DNA of 63,943 bases, filler included, from Sphacelaria rigidula (GCA_964200075.2; 8 parts of 8 records of this genome joined end to end with filler, not necessarily neighbours in it); one strand, 5' to 3'. Shown: positions 24,076 to 38,693, counted from the first letter of the whole stretch. The notes: generated by a model from the letters alone, not told the origin. Numbers and translations: made by a program.

Positions 24076-27000
24076 ACTGAGGGCGATAAAGTGGGCGAAA
24101 ACACACCTCGATCAATCATCAGCCTTGGAACTGTTGTGAAGTTTTGAATCGAAAAAATTTCAACCCCATGTCAACTCAAAATTTCCACGTCCTCCACATT
24201 GCAGTGACCACCATCAGCTTGGGAACATGGCGGAAAACATCAGATTTGAAAACAGTTTCCATGGGATCGAGGCATACTCAACACTAGTATTTCGGTCTCG
24301 TGGGTTTTGGCGTCATCGGATTTCCACTGGTGATACGCAATCCGCTCCACATTTTCAAGAAAAACAATATATCTGTATTCCATATTGAGTGTCTGACAGG
24401 CTAACCGGTCATGGGGGGTTCTGCCACTTTTCAGCCCAATTTTTGTCTAATTCGAATTTTCGGTCGATGGAGCCTGTCCCCATCGTATTTGTAAGTAAAT
24501 GGAAGGCTTTTCTCTTTTTGTCCTAACTACTCAATGCACTTGAGCCGAAAAACTGTGTTTTACGGTCAATTACACTCTCCTGATAAACGGCGTATCTACT
24601 TGTATCGCCCGATGACACAAACTAACCCCAACTTACGCACTGCTTTTTAAGAATGATCCGTTTATTTTACCCATACCTACCGACGGTAGCACTTTCGAGT
24701 CCTATCGAAGAATAGGTGGCGAGGAAAAACCCCAAACACCCCGTGCTACTTTGAACTTGAGGTACTAGAAAGTATATGTGTGCAAATTTTCAGAGTCTAA
24801 CTCCGAGGATCGGGGTGAAAAAATTGCGGATGAACGAATTTCGGGTCGAAGGAGGTGAACCGGCCTGCGGGCAGGTCATATCATGCTCAACAAATTGTAC
24901 TTCTCGACTTTACCTTCAACAACTTGTCTCATCAGCGATTGGATACAATGGCATAGATCAGTCAGCGTTTCGTCGGCTGAGCAATCTCTATATCGCCGCA
25001 TTCTGTCACTGAATATGCTGCGTACTTCAGCGCGAAAACATTGCAGACAAGTGTTCAGCGACTGACGGCGCCAGAGGTGCCAGGCAGGGAGGGAACGACT
25101 ACGCATAGAGAGCACATTTACCTTGTTGTCTCTTTGTGGCCGAGTGCCCAAATGGTCAAACACGGCTTGGCTGCGACGTCCTCAATTTTCAGTTTTTTTG
25201 TAGGTGATGAAAGTTACCAAATTGACCAGTCACTGCGGTTGAAATGGTCACTTCCCTGTCTTCGGACTTGATGCACGTCTTGGGAATTTTCCTTCAGACA
25301 CACACTTCCAGACGGATATGCTTGACCTGGGAAACTTATCGGCTGATCTGTGATCAGGCACTCCCGAATGACTAGGGCAAGTAACAAATGAGTACGCCCC
25401 CACCTCCCCCCCCCGACCCACGGTGCTCTGTGTCGATAGGGATGCTTAGTCAAAGGTCAAACGACTTGTGATAGGGTAAGCAAGAAACGAGTACACCCCC
25501 CGCCATCCCTGAACCCACCTACTCATGTCGTGTGGAAACTCTTGGATGTATCGGGCTGTTAGCCCACGAAAGCGCTCCGAGGCAAGGCTCGCGGTCAAGG
25601 GTTGAGAAGGCGGGGCCGTTCCGTTCAGGTCAAGGAAATGCGGCAGTAATTGGAATGTGGTCGTTACATCATTGTAGATCGTTCAAGTGAGTCCGCACAC
25701 ATGCTAACCTTTTCGAATTTCTTCTGTCGGTGGAAAGTTTTGCCATCATGGATACTGGATTGTATCAACAACATCCTCCGACCGCTGGCATTACCTCGTG
25801 GCTTGGTTCTGCGTGATTTCGAAGCCGCTGTACCTACCCATGCTGAATATGTGAATTGGGTGGTGCAATGTTTCCACTGTGCTCTGTGGAGAGGCATTAT
25901 GTGGTGCCCTTCCCATGGGCATGAAAGACTTGTACTACTAGGTTCCCACACCCTAGATAATAGATGATCAATAGACGCAGTAGATTGAATGTACGGCGTA
26001 AAGTATAACTTATTGCAAGTATTGGCGGACGGACAATAAACGTAATAGGGCTATACTCTACGCGGTACAATATTCTTTACTGCAACTAATGACCACATGC
26101 TTTTCGGGGGCGTGCGCATCCTCAGCATAAACGTCGCATTCTCAAGAAAATATATGCGTGTTCAACCCGTCAAAGGCCCACCATAAACAGGGAACACGAA
26201 AAATGAACGGCCGAAAGGTGAATAACCCACTATAATGCACGACCACTTGACCTCTAGCCGTGATGATTGTGAGGATTTGGAGTGCCCCTCACTGTTCATA
26301 TATTCCCGGAGAGCCTGTGACCATGCAGATGTATTTGATTCGCTCTGTGTGCCATACGCATCTGAGAATGGGGCATCTAAAAATAGACAATTTTTGGATG
26401 CATTTTATTTCCTTTTTTGTTACGGTTTCGCAGAGAGGGAATACTACCCCCGTCGCAAAATCCCGTACAATTTTCTTGAAACAATGGTAGCTCAGTTGGA
26501 AAGTACACGTGTTTTTGGGTATCTTGACCGTAGGCTACAAAGTTGGAGGAGCGTGTCCGCGTGTGGACACGCTTCCCAGGAAATCTCAATGATGAGGGGG
26601 GTAGTTGCGTATGGCACCGGTAGATGATAAATCTTGTGCGTTCATTCACCATACCCCCTCCCCCTCAAGATGATGTCATCTGGCTCAAGGTTGCTTTGAA
26701 AGTTGAACAAGGACTGATGAAAGGTTGGTCCCAAGTTAAGTTCGGAGAGATTGCAAGCACGTCGGGCGGCATCCGTGCTGTTCTTTTTTGGCCGATATCG
26801 ACATTTTTCACACTAGCACCCCTCGATGATCGCTGCGGTTGGTCATTTAATCTTGCACTTGTGTTTCAAGTGAAATTGATTATCAAATGGATGTCTTGAT
26901 GCTCGCGGTCTAGGGGGGCAAATTATGCTGCAAACGTTTGCATTTATCATGCACGAACTCGAAAAGCGATGATCATCGTGGTGAAATGGTTGAGTTACTG

Positions 27001-30000
27001 CACGCACGGTTCAGAGGACGTTAATATGTGCAGAGACAAAAGGGTTGGCTTGACCTTTTGACCAGGTCGGGTACAGGGGTGGTGTCCCCATCTATTGGAT
27101 CGGCATCCATGTTCACATGAGAGATGTGTATGACCAGATCCGGGTGTACGGACGCCTAACCAACCCTCATGGAGACCGCGAGCATGTGTCATCTGTGGAA
27201 TCGTCATTTGTGTTCTAGCTTTGTTTGAAAATGGGTGAACATGATGTCGATTCAGCATGTCACGTACCCCTGGCCATCAACGGGTTCAAAAAGGGAGAGA
27301 GAATCTTGACCACACGCACAACAGGGTAGGCAAGTGGGTGGTTGGTCGAGCGCTCATCTCGCAGCGCCGTATCATGGGAGGAATTTCCTGTCGCTGGCTC
27401 GTTGGTATTTGTGAGGTAGATTTTCTTTCCGTCTTGACTGTGTTGCGGATATCGTTTACTGCTGAATCCGTTTGTAGTGGACAAACAGATGGAATGGCAT
27501 GGTTTGTCCGATGGGTCAGAGCGCACCGGTAGCAGTGTGGGAAGAAGACATGCCCCCCCCCCCCTTCTTATTTTCACGTGTGTGTTATCGTGTTCCCATG
27601 ATGCATGGAAATTGCAGAGCGACATATAGTAATGTTCTGGAACAATGGCCATGCACACAGCCTAGACATTGGGCGCACTTTCAAGATTATCTGTGTAGTT
27701 AACAGTCGTTATATAAGTCAACCTTACGTATCAGCTAACGCTGATTTTGCGTTGGCACAGCGGTCATGCGTTGGTCGCAAGATGGAAGTGTGGATGGAAG
27801 AACATGAAAACAAGTTTTTCGTGAGGAAATTTTTTGGTTTTCGATGGAACCTGACTGTGTCGCCATCCTCCGTTTGATCGATCTTGCGGTGTACGCGGGC
27901 TTGAAATGTTTTCAGAAGGCTACAGTGTTCCGTGTTCATTAAAGGCCGCGAACGCCTCAATCAATCAAGGCTTTCGATAACCGCCAGGGCGGGGTCATGT
28001 GTTGAACCGGCATCATTGCAGTTTTGAAAAGTGAGCGCGATGCGTTGATAATAACCCCAACGCTGGCGATAGAAAGATGAAAGTTGTAACCCTTTTTCAC
28101 AGCCGGGGTAGAGTTGATGTTTTGAATCGGCATGACTTCTCCCTTGAAAAACTTGGTCATGGTCCAGATGGCGTACCCCAGCGGCGGGCGGTCGAAGACC
28201 TTCAGCATAGGTCATCTGTTGAGCCGACACCAATTCCACTCGAAAAGTGGCCGCATGGCCAGATGACTTACTGTCGCGGTCAAAGGGTTATACCCCTTGG
28301 TCGCGAGCGTAGTCCATATGTATCATACCTACTTTCTTCGAGCGGAATCAAAGCTGAATCAGCAGAGGGTCTGCGCTCGCCGTCAAACGGTTAAAGGAGC
28401 GCCGACCCTGCATTTAATACGTTGTGTAAGGCTGGTGGATCGTCTCCTCCACTTTCGGAGATACTAACCAACTGGTAGCCCTGCTGCTGCGGGTGAACTT
28501 TACGGTCGTTTTTATTTTTATTTCAGGACGTTGAGGAATGTTGGGTCTGTGTTGTGCCACAGGAGCAAGTGCGGACGAGTTGTGACCACACGTTGTGGAA
28601 TATCTGGAAGAAGAAAAGAATGGCAATGCATGAACCCTTTGACCACCACCAGGGTTTGCTCGTGTTCGTGTTTTTACTTACATCCAAATTTTTGAAGTGG
28701 GAATCATTGGGATTCAACAGGTAGCCCCCACCCTCGTAATGGACGGGTTGAAGACGCTACTTACTCGTGGACCGCCAGGGTAGTCTCGTGAGGGTCCCAT
28801 AATACTTTTTTCGGGTGGAGCGATCCAACAGATGACCTGGATTCACCTCGAGGTGAAAGTATTTGTAGACCCCGTGATCGCGAAACCCGTAGTCCGTGTA
28901 GGTCAGTCGATACCAATGCAGCATTTGTTGCGTATCAAAAGATTCCCGGCGGGATCCGGTCGTGTTCACAAGATGGGCACTCCCCAGGATAAACATCAAG
29001 GCGGATTTTTTTCGCCGAGAAAACAGCTCCAAAACGGCTAGAAAAAAAAAAAGAAGACATGGAAAAAAGGAAAGAGGGGGAAGAATAAACGGAGCAAGTT
29101 TGACAAACGCAAGACACTTGAACACCACAGGAGATAACGTACATAACAGACAAAAAGGGCATTATGTTTATTCTTTTCTGTGAACGGTTGCCTTCGCTAG
29201 ATATACGGCCAAAACTCTCCGTGGCCAAAGGGTTGATCTCCCTGTTGACGATTTTCACTGGTCCACTGGACTTATTCCCGCGCGTGGTCGTGTGCTAAAT
29301 CGTTTTATATTTTTGCAAAAATAGCGGTTAGCCCCACATGACCTGCTTTGACTGTGGAAAGGGGAAGATAGAATGACCTGATTCAGTGGATGGCCACCCA
29401 AAGTTGTCGAAGAGTTCATCTCTGTATTCACAAATTGGCTCCACTGTACAGCAGTGTTATCATCTGTTAAAATCTATCATGGTATATTTTTCACTGTCGA
29501 CTCATTTGTCGCCTTACGCCTGTGTAATCAGCACCATGTTTGCCTGGACAATGGCTGCTAGTTCACGTCTGCTGTTATTCTGAGTCCCCCCCCGCCCCCC
29601 AAATGTTGACTGAAGCCGCATCTTCTACGCTGCAACTCTTATTCATCTTTTGGCAAACAGTACATGGCGCGCTCCTTACTTTTCCCAAAGGTGGGTCCAC
29701 TCTCAACCGATCATCATCGACAACCCCCCCCCCCCCTTCCCGACATTTTCAATTTTTTCCCGACGAATGCGGGCGGGCATGCGAAATAATCATGGTTCCT
29801 TATCTAAATATGTTTGTAATGTACGGTCAATTTCGACCAGGAAGAAGAGAACGCACAAGCGTAACGCTCAGCCCGTAACTTCTTTCAATGTGATGATCCG
29901 TTGGCCTCCGAGATTTCTCGGCGAGTGTAGGGTGGGCAACACTGATCGTATGTTTCGCCTTTGTTGAATGTAGGGTAAGTCGGCCGTGGGTGAAAAGCCA

Positions 30001-32023
30001 GCGACTGGAATTGGGTCCTAATCGTATTATAGCAGTACAGGAACCTCTTGAGGTCGATTCTTGTGGTCGACTGAGGACTATGTCTTCCCGTAGAAAGGGA
30101 TTAGGTTAACCGGTGGACGCCCATTTGTTTTTTCCGCAAGAGGCGGACTCGGCAGGTCGTGCCACATCGGGAAGTCTTCCTGAAACCTCCCGGAGGATCT
30201 CAGCAAGATCTTTTCCAACCCTCGTCGTGTGGCCGGTTTGACTCGTTGCCGGACTAAGAAATTCAAATTGCGGTTTTTGACCTTTACGGTCAGGGGAGCA
30301 TGTATGAACCTGGTGAGGAAGTCATCGACATGGTTTCGGATTTTCCATATACGTACACGCGTTTTTTTTCTTTTTTGCTACCCGCCTTGATCGTCAGAGT
30401 GGGTGACATACGCTTTTGAGGCCACTACTCGAATGAAGGTGATGCCACTTTTGAACAGATGGCCGCCCTGGGCGATTAAACGGGTTGAACCTTTTTCCGG
30501 CGCGAGGTTGCATCTCAAATTAATGTCGTCTGGTTGACCTTCAACGCTTGTCAACCGCGACTCCAATGCTGAATATGAATAGCTCCTCTCTTGTCGGGGA
30601 AGTATGACCCCCACCGGCGACTAATCCATCCAAATCATGATGTGCTCTTCCAACTCTTGACATACAGCACACGGTATCAACCAAAGGTAATTGTTGTTGG
30701 CATATTTTCGGTGATAATGCCGGAGGTCAGTCTCGCCAGGCCTGGTGCTTACGTGGTTGAGAATAACCAGCAACAGTCTCTGAGCACCATGCAGTTCGCA
30801 TTTACTGCGAATGGCTGTGAATATTACATGGTCATGGATCGGCCGACTGGGGCTTCGGTTGAATACAAGACAAATCCAACTGTTTTCCTGTGTAATCCTC
30901 CATGCCCACCAGGAAACATTTCACCAGTGTCCAGGTGTTGCAGCCCCTGGCTTGTTGAGGTGAACGGAATTAATGACCTCGTGCGTACTTTCAGTAGAGC
31001 GGGGCCGGGGGAGAGAGAGCGCGCAACCAAACGGTTCAGAGTTCGGACAGTTAATATGGTGTGATCCGGGGGGGCTGGGCTGCTGCTGTTGGGGCAGTTC
31101 TCACAGTGTATGTTCGACGTGGTCGACGCACTGTTGGTTGGCAGCACAGCTATATTTTGTTCCACAACAGCAATCTAAGACTTCGACTAGGGCAAAAAAG
31201 AAAACAGCAGCTAATCAGCTGCCCATCTCGGGCCTCACAAGTGACGCACTGGAAGAGATCCACAGCCATCGCCTCTACGAGGCCCGCTGTACCGATGTTC
31301 AATGACACATGTGCACAAAGCGCATCATGTTCCTCATCATTGCAACCATGATTGCAAGACGCATTCAAGAATGCTACGAAAGTGCGGTAGGGGTGGAAAT
31401 TGATCCGGAATACAACATGCTCTGTCGTACATGAGCGGGCGTGTCCGCTGCTGCCACCTGGTGGACAGCAAGCGTTCTTGCAACAAGAAGAAAAAATCTT
31501 GGGCGACAGTCCCATCTATTTCCTTTCACTTATGTTTCGGGCTGAGGTTTGTGACCTGTACCATCGTGCGCGTTGCAGTACAGGGCTGATGCTCGACAGC
31601 GAACATGACCTTCAGAGGTGCGCCATTGATGTCCCTACCCGAAATTTCTCAAAATCTCCTTTTTTTGCCATGGCTACTCAGTGGCATCGATCTCCTATAG
31701 AAAATTGGGCGAAAAAGGAGGGAGACAGCTCCGGCCCGTATGTTGCTCTGTCGTCATGAGCCCCGGACTGCCATAAGTATTTGGTCTGTTGAACCCAGAC
31801 GCAATGAAATTGGCACACCTGTACACGAAAATTTGTTTCATCTCTTTTATTCCCCCCACCCGCCCCCCCCCCCCCACCCTCCCCCCCCCCCCTCACCCCC
31901 AACTCTCTCCCACCACCCCCCACNNNNNNNNNNNNNNNNNNNNNNNNNNNNNNNNNNNNNNNNNNNNTTAATTAATTAANNNNNNNNNNNNNNNNNNNNN
32001 NNNNNNNNNNNNNNNNNNNNNNN

Positions 32024-35000
32024 AGTACTGGGAAAAGAATGGAAGACACATATGTATCGGACGACGGGCCCTACGATAACCTCAGAGGGAAATAAGACCG
32101 TGGTGAGATTGCAGAAACAAGTTGCGACACACGTTGCGAAACTCCTCGACCCCGGGCATGCAGATCCGTACAAGAGTCAAGGATACAAGCCTCTCGCCTA
32201 CGCCTCCGCCCTGAAGCCGGACGCTCACATCATCAAGATTATTCTTCAGCGCCTTCTGGCCGAAGACGAACGCAATATTCCTAAGCATAAACACGCTTCT
32301 GGAAATGAAGACACTCCCTAGAATGAAGGAGGTTCTCAGAGTGAAGGTGCTTCATCACTCAACGACGGCGCTCCCCATAATGAAGCCGATAGGAAGCCCG
32401 GCACCGCCAAACGCAAAATCGACCTGGATGGAAGGACCAGTCTCCAATTCCTCGAAAAGGTGTTCGACTGTCTGAGAGTGCTCAGAAAAATGACGAGCTC
32501 GTACAGATGATTCTGTCGTTCGGGATAGTCACAAAAGTCAAGACTGTTGCGTCGGAGCTCACAAGGGAAGACTCGCTTCTGCTCCTCGCTAAATCGCTGG
32601 CAACACGGCAGCACTGCCTCCTCACCACTCCGTCTGGGAACAGTACCAACGACGATATTGAATCCCTCAAGAAGAGGGAGGGTGTGATCAGACACATTCA
32701 TAACCTCGTACGCGAGGCCGACGCGGCTGACTTCAAGCGGAATGAAGGACAGACTCTCCGACGGCTGCAGGACACAACGGTGAGGTGCTTCAGGTTCCTC
32801 ATAATAAGCCTCTCGAAGGATGATCGTAAAGGCCTAATACCCATCAATAAACAGGCCATAAAAGCAACTATCGGATTAAAGGTAAAATACGGATCGCAAG
32901 TGAGAAGAGAGACGGGGTAAGATCACCGTCAAGGGAACACCAGTGATCTATCCCTCCGTTATGGGTTGCTACCTGGCAATATCAGCTTCAACCGCAGTGC
33001 GAATCACAGCGACTGCTTGGAAGGAATGGGAATCCCACGTGGACAACCCTCCAAGCAAGGGCGACCTGACATCGGGAAAACGGGCGCGAACGTTGGCCAC
33101 AGAACTGGTCGTGTTGGTGGTCGACCGTTTCGTGGCGGAAGTTAGTGCCGGGGATGACGCTCGGAAATAGCAATCCCCGACTACCTTCAAAGAGATCTTC
33201 GCGGATATAGACCGTAAAGGCATCCTCTTCACGGCCTTGAAGGAAAATCCTAACGCCCTGTCGGCAGACGATCAGCCGGTCTTCAATTCTGACCGAGAGA
33301 AAATAGTGAAGGGGGCTATAGCGAAAGCGGTTGCAGAGGAGAAGGCGCCTGCAGAGAAGGAGGCTGCAGAGGAGAAGGCAAAAAGCGGCCGACAGACAAC
33401 AGGAAAGGGAAAATCACGTTTGGCAAACACGACCACAGAAGGACCCATGGAGGACGTCCAACCACGTGTGAATACGCGGCCAGGTATATGCGCCCTCGAC
33501 CCATTATTCGTGACACAGGATCTAACACGAGTCATGATCAATCGGACTGGAGCAGTTGGGGAGAGAGGCAGTTGTCGTAGTGTTATCGACAGCAGAAACA
33601 ATAAGCAGAAAACGTGTGAGAATATGACGTAATGTGCATCACGGATAAAAAAAGAGATGTCTCCACACATTCGGTAGGGTGGGAACATCATTACCCATAT
33701 TATCGCATAGCCCCTCATACATGTAGAAGACCCCTAGTGGCGAGGAACACCGACCCCGCATGTCGGACGCTTGCCGCAAAATTCACACTTGCTGACAACC
33801 GATTCCTCCTGGCCATGCCACCGTACACCTACCCCTGCCTGTGTCCGACCTAACCCTCCCATTACCATCTATCTAGGCCGTGCCGCCGAGAAGCATAACG
33901 TGATCGTGAAACACAAGACGCGAGATGGAAACAAAAAAGCGTACACGTCTCTTGTGGAGGCCCACTGTCCGGCGAAGATGTTGAAGGCCCCCGGTCTCGT
34001 GGACGAGAACGGAAACCAAGTGGCCGGCAAGTCGGTGTCCGTGACAATCATGAATCTTAGCCCTGACGACGACGACGGCGGCGGCGGCGGAAGCTCGGGC
34101 AGCGACGTCGGCGAACGGGAGCAACGCCAAATCCAACCACACGACACCCATGCGGATGATGATGTCAACGACGGAGTGGCTTCTCCCACTGAATACTCCA
34201 ATAACAGGTATACCACCACGCATGGCAGCCGTGATGCACTTTCTTGACATATCCATGGACGGTGTAGGTATTCGGTACATAGGCGCGAACAAGACAACGA
34301 ACTCATCCCAACACCTCCTTCGTGTATGAGAGTAAGGATGGCAAACGATGAGATGAAACTCTAATGCGAACTCGAAGTGAGCGAAGTACGTACCGTCCGG
34401 AGAGGCACACGAGGTTTCTTTTATTCCCGTACACTGCGATGTGTCGGGTATGTATCGTGGGAACAGGAAGGTCGACTTGGTCTCGCCTCAACACTCCGCC
34501 GATATTTTGCCTTCAAATGTTGGATGTTTTACTTCCCTCGGGCACAGAGACTCAGAGGATCGGAGAAAGCACAAGCGAGCACAGGCTGAGACAAGAAATA
34601 GCGAAACATCGCTGGGTACTTCCAAGCGCCCTGCGAACACGCACAACGCCGGTGGAAGGTGAATACGCATTACTGAATTGGCGCTTGCCGCTTCGTCCTA
34701 TACAAGGCAGGAGCACACCCAACACAGGCAACTATCAGTATACATACTTGGCACCGAGTGAACACCCTTCCAAGGCAACAAACAGGCACACCCCTCACTC
34801 CCTCCAATTCTTCGTGTAACAATGCTGAATGATGCTGAATATTCCTCGGTGTTCCTTACCCCATGCGTATCATATTATTAAGGACCAACATTGACGAGCA
34901 ACACCACGAGGCAGGCGACGACGACTTCGAAGAGACGCCACAAGGACTAACAGCCTCCACCGGGATGGAGGCATCTCCATCCCCCCATTTGTTCGAAGAC

Positions 35001-35830
35001 GAAGAGTCGCTGAGATCAATGTACGTCCTCGGTTTCGATATGCTTGAAGTTTTCCTGGAAACATGCATGCAAATGGTTTTGGTCATCAAGTATCTCTAGA
35101 ATCAGGCTGGTGTTTCGCAACCATGTATCTCACCACATCATCATACGTAAGCCTTTTTGCAAATTGCTGCTGAACCATGGCCACTTCGCCGTACCATTCT
35201 TTTTCTCGCGTGTCTTCCGGAAATACCGTGCTTACCGTGCAGGTCCCAGATCGAGACCACTATTCTTCAGGCCAGGGAACACTTCCAACAGGAAACGCTG
35301 AAGAAACCCGTTAACGAAGGGCACGTTTCAGCGTGGCTTAAGACGAAATTGAGTCGGAGACTCTTTCGAACCTTTGACCTCGCGATAAGTGTATCCCAGA
35401 GACTACCAAGCGCGATTACAACCGCGTATGTCTTCGGCCCCGGGGCCCCAAACAAAACAAAAAAAGACAGTCAAACAGGAACACCTGCGCACCTCGGACG
35501 TAGCCAAGTACATCTTCTCCCCAGGGGATAAGTATGGGTCGTTGTTGGATCTCATAGTACGCACCAACGGCACGGAGTTTCCAATCCCTAATGGCAAGGT
35601 TGACGCAGTGTGGAGCTCATGATGACGCCCATCGGCTTAGACCGCATTTCCATGAAGTTGTCTGATATAGAGGGCAAAACGGATATGCTTGCGTCGAACC
35701 GCGGGGTGTAGAGGCCGCGGTATACTGTATTTTACCTTTGGGATCTTGGCATGAATGCACGCTGGGAGGTCCGGCTTGTGTGTGCCTGGCAACTACTTGT
35801 CCGGTGGATGTATCCACTGTAAAATATACT
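32024..35830 (+). pseudogene. Long decayed, probably intron-containing ORF of unrecognised family
   Basis: Successive plus-strand protein-like ORFs (32052-32321, 32507-32920, 32943-33170, 33237-33632, 33860-34247, 34863-35020, 35240-35800). The first ~1.45 kb is linked by single stops and frameshifts; no motif I can name. Confidence 0.55.
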
Positions 35831-36229
35831 CAACACCCTGAGAGGGTGAGCGCGGGGCGGGCGCGGGCCAACAACGACACCGTAGGAGCTGATGTCTTGC
35901 TGTATTCTTGAGTGGATTTATGGCGTAGGAAGAATGCTGTATACCGAGGGAGTGGGGAGCAAGCATTGGAGCACCCTCATATACTTTTCGACTTCATGGG
36001 AATATCGATATCAGAAGTCTACGAACGAATATAGATCGGGGGATACACGCGACTAGTGCAATCTCTGTGTCATTATGGTCCAGGCAAATGCGATTTGCCT
36101 CCACGTTCGCATGCACGGTCTCCGCTTCTCTGAAGACGCCGAGATATCGACAGTTACAATGTCAACCTGTCCAAATTGCATGAATGCAAGTGCTTCATAT
36201 AGATCCTTCGCCAAATCTAGTTTTGGCAT

Positions 36230-36436
36230 CACGTGTGTAATGCGTGAGAGGACCGCGTGCTCAGAGGACCGCATCGGAATCTGAACATCCCTATGCTTAG
36301 GGTGTCGGGGTTTATGGTCAGGGGTGTGGTACCTGCAGGGACTGGCCCGATTGGTTTTGAAAAACATCGATCCTGCGGTGTTTTGAACTATGGCGCGGTC
36401 CTCTAAGCACGCGGTCCTCTCACGCATTACAACGTG
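36230..36436. mobile_element. MITE with ~42-bp terminal inverted repeats
   Basis: CACGT(G)TGTAATGCGTGAGAGGACCGCGTGCT.AGAGGACCGC and its reverse complement ~120 nt downstream. Confidence 0.75.
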
Positions 36437-37619
36437 GACAAAAAAGTGCAACCCTATCGTAGCACGACTCGTAAGTGGGGTTTTTACATTTTCCGTGGAG
36501 AGTGTAATAGAGAGTTTCGGAAGATTTTGTTTCTGATCATAGAGTCAGAGTGCAGAGTGGAAGCGTTGAAACTTCAGAGTGGACGCTAAAACGTTCATAG
36601 CGGAAGCTGGTGTGACGTGGCTTGATGTGGACTTATTTTTCCCGCGGTGATTGGCCGCAGGTTGTGCCGCCGAATAAATGTGCGATCGCTCAGCGTGCAG
36701 TCAGGTGCAGCCCGAAGACAGCATTTGCTGTACCATACGCTGCGGCACCGTACGTGCCGTACACCACGCTTCATCGCACCTGTAGTACTTAAATCCACCA
36801 CGGTGCACCACAGGGTACTGTAGTGCTGTAGGGCTGAGCACTGTAAAGTACAACAAATACAGTATAGAGAGTGCACTGCAGAACCCTACAACAGTACATC
36901 GCGGTACGGTGAACTACAGCGATGCCGTACAGTCAGCTGTACAGTAATACAGTAGCACAATAGTACAGTACAGTAGTAGGCAGCACTTTCAAACAGCAGA
37001 CAAGGCCGCATCGTGATGATTTCCCAACATGCTACCCATAAGTGTGGCGCAAGAAGTCATGACCTCTAACGAAATGGCAATGTAGCCAGGTGTTGTACTG
37101 CTTGTGCGTTGTAGACTACGAATCGTTCATACCGTCTTCTCACAGCTGAGGCTGGCAAGAGGGAGGGACTGCACCCAAGGGCAACGTGTGCCCGTCGAGC
37201 ATTTGAATATCCACGCAACACAACCAAGTGAATGTTGATACCATGGCGGCGTTGGGGAGGTCTTCTGATTCTTATGCCAAGCTTTTCTACTTCGTTAATG
37301 GCCCAATGTGATGAGTATGGCAGTTTTGATGGATGCTGAATGTCCCACTTCGCTTGTTAGGGTGTGTTGACTTTTGACTGGACGTGACCATGGCGGTGAG
37401 GGTGGGCGTGGTTCTTCTTCATTCCGCTATGAACTCTGAAGAGGAACAACGGTTTTCCAAGTGAAGTGGTGCAAACGGCACTCTGACTCTGATAATCTCT
37501 CTCTGAAATAATCTTCATAGCGGAAAGTGCACCGTTACCGGCTATTTTTCCTTCCACTCTGACTCTAAGATTTGAAAAAACGTTTCCCGAAACTCTCTAA
37601 TATACACTTTTCAACCGGG

Positions 37620-38100
37620 GAATTAATACAACAGAGGTCCCACGACCTTTCTCAAACATAGACCTTTGCGCCGAGCAAGCAATTAAGCCTTTACCACGCA
37701 CTTCAAGAATCGAGTGATTGCGCAGCTGAGCGATGCGCTCAAGATACAACACCAATTCGCTGTTGCGTATACGCCTTGGTCGAATGGTGCTTGTAAACGC
37801 ATGGTGAAAAACCTTATTCATGCGTTGTTTTTCGACTTTGCAACAAATGAGTTGTGTTGGAAATATATCGCGGCTCGTGGCGTTTGGTACTGTTCTCAAA
37901 ACAGATCGACTGCTGTCCCGAAGACAGTAGTGTAGCAGAGGTTGCACAGTGGTAGCCAAATCATTTGCTTCTGCAGCAGACAGAAAGTCCAACGACAAAA
38001 ATGATGTCTGGGGCTCTTCACGTCGGCCGAACAAAATCAAGGCAGCCTTTTTTGCAAGCAGAGTGCTGGGGAAATGAAGAAGAGCTGGGTAAACTTCGTA
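37620..38100 (+). mobile_element. Degenerate Ty3/Gypsy integrase fragment
   Basis: THFKNRVIAQLSDALKIQHQFAVAYTPWSNGACKRMV = rve core 'HF.....H.F..AY.PW.NG..ER'. Confidence 0.75.
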
Positions 38101-38433
38101 AGCTTGGGAGAGTGATTGCAAGCGATAGGAACAACCGATTACGACCATCCTCAATCCTGGAAGAAGATCAAACACTCTACACGAACGTAAGGTCTAATCG
38201 TATCATTCAATTCACCCCTCGCTATTGCTGACGCGGTAGCCTTGCCAGCTTAGATTAACTGCAAAGTTGCACACAAGATATTCTGTAGCTTACGTGGCCT
38301 ACACTCTGCTAGAGTATCTTTCATTGACGAATCATGGCAACACGCCTTCTCTAGCAATATCCTACCTGAAACGTCATTCACACAGGTAGACTACGAGCTG
38401 GGTCAGCCTAGAGACGGATTGAAAGTTTGCAGG

Positions 38434-38693
38434 CGAATGCGCCGGCCAATATTTAGAGTTGGAGCGTAAAAATTGGTATGGACAATGTATAGGGCATGAA
38501 ACAAAATTGGGAAGAAGCACCAGAAGTGTTTTTTTCGTGAATTTAGGGCGTTTTACTGATACCTGAAAACTTATTATTGCCCTTAACTCACGAAAAAATA
38601 AATCTGGTGCTTCTTCCCAATTTTGTTTCATGCCCTATGCATTGTCCATACCAAATTTTATGCTCCAACTTTAAATATTAGCCGGCGCATTCG
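38434..38693. repeat. Long fold-back inverted repeat (~115-bp arms, ~29-nt spacer)
   Basis: 38434-38549 is the near-perfect reverse complement of 38579-38693. Confidence 0.9.

Noticed and set aside
27110..27150. GHTH peptide resembling a DNA-transposase motif
   Set aside because: Isolated four-residue match without the following acidic residues or other DDE motifs
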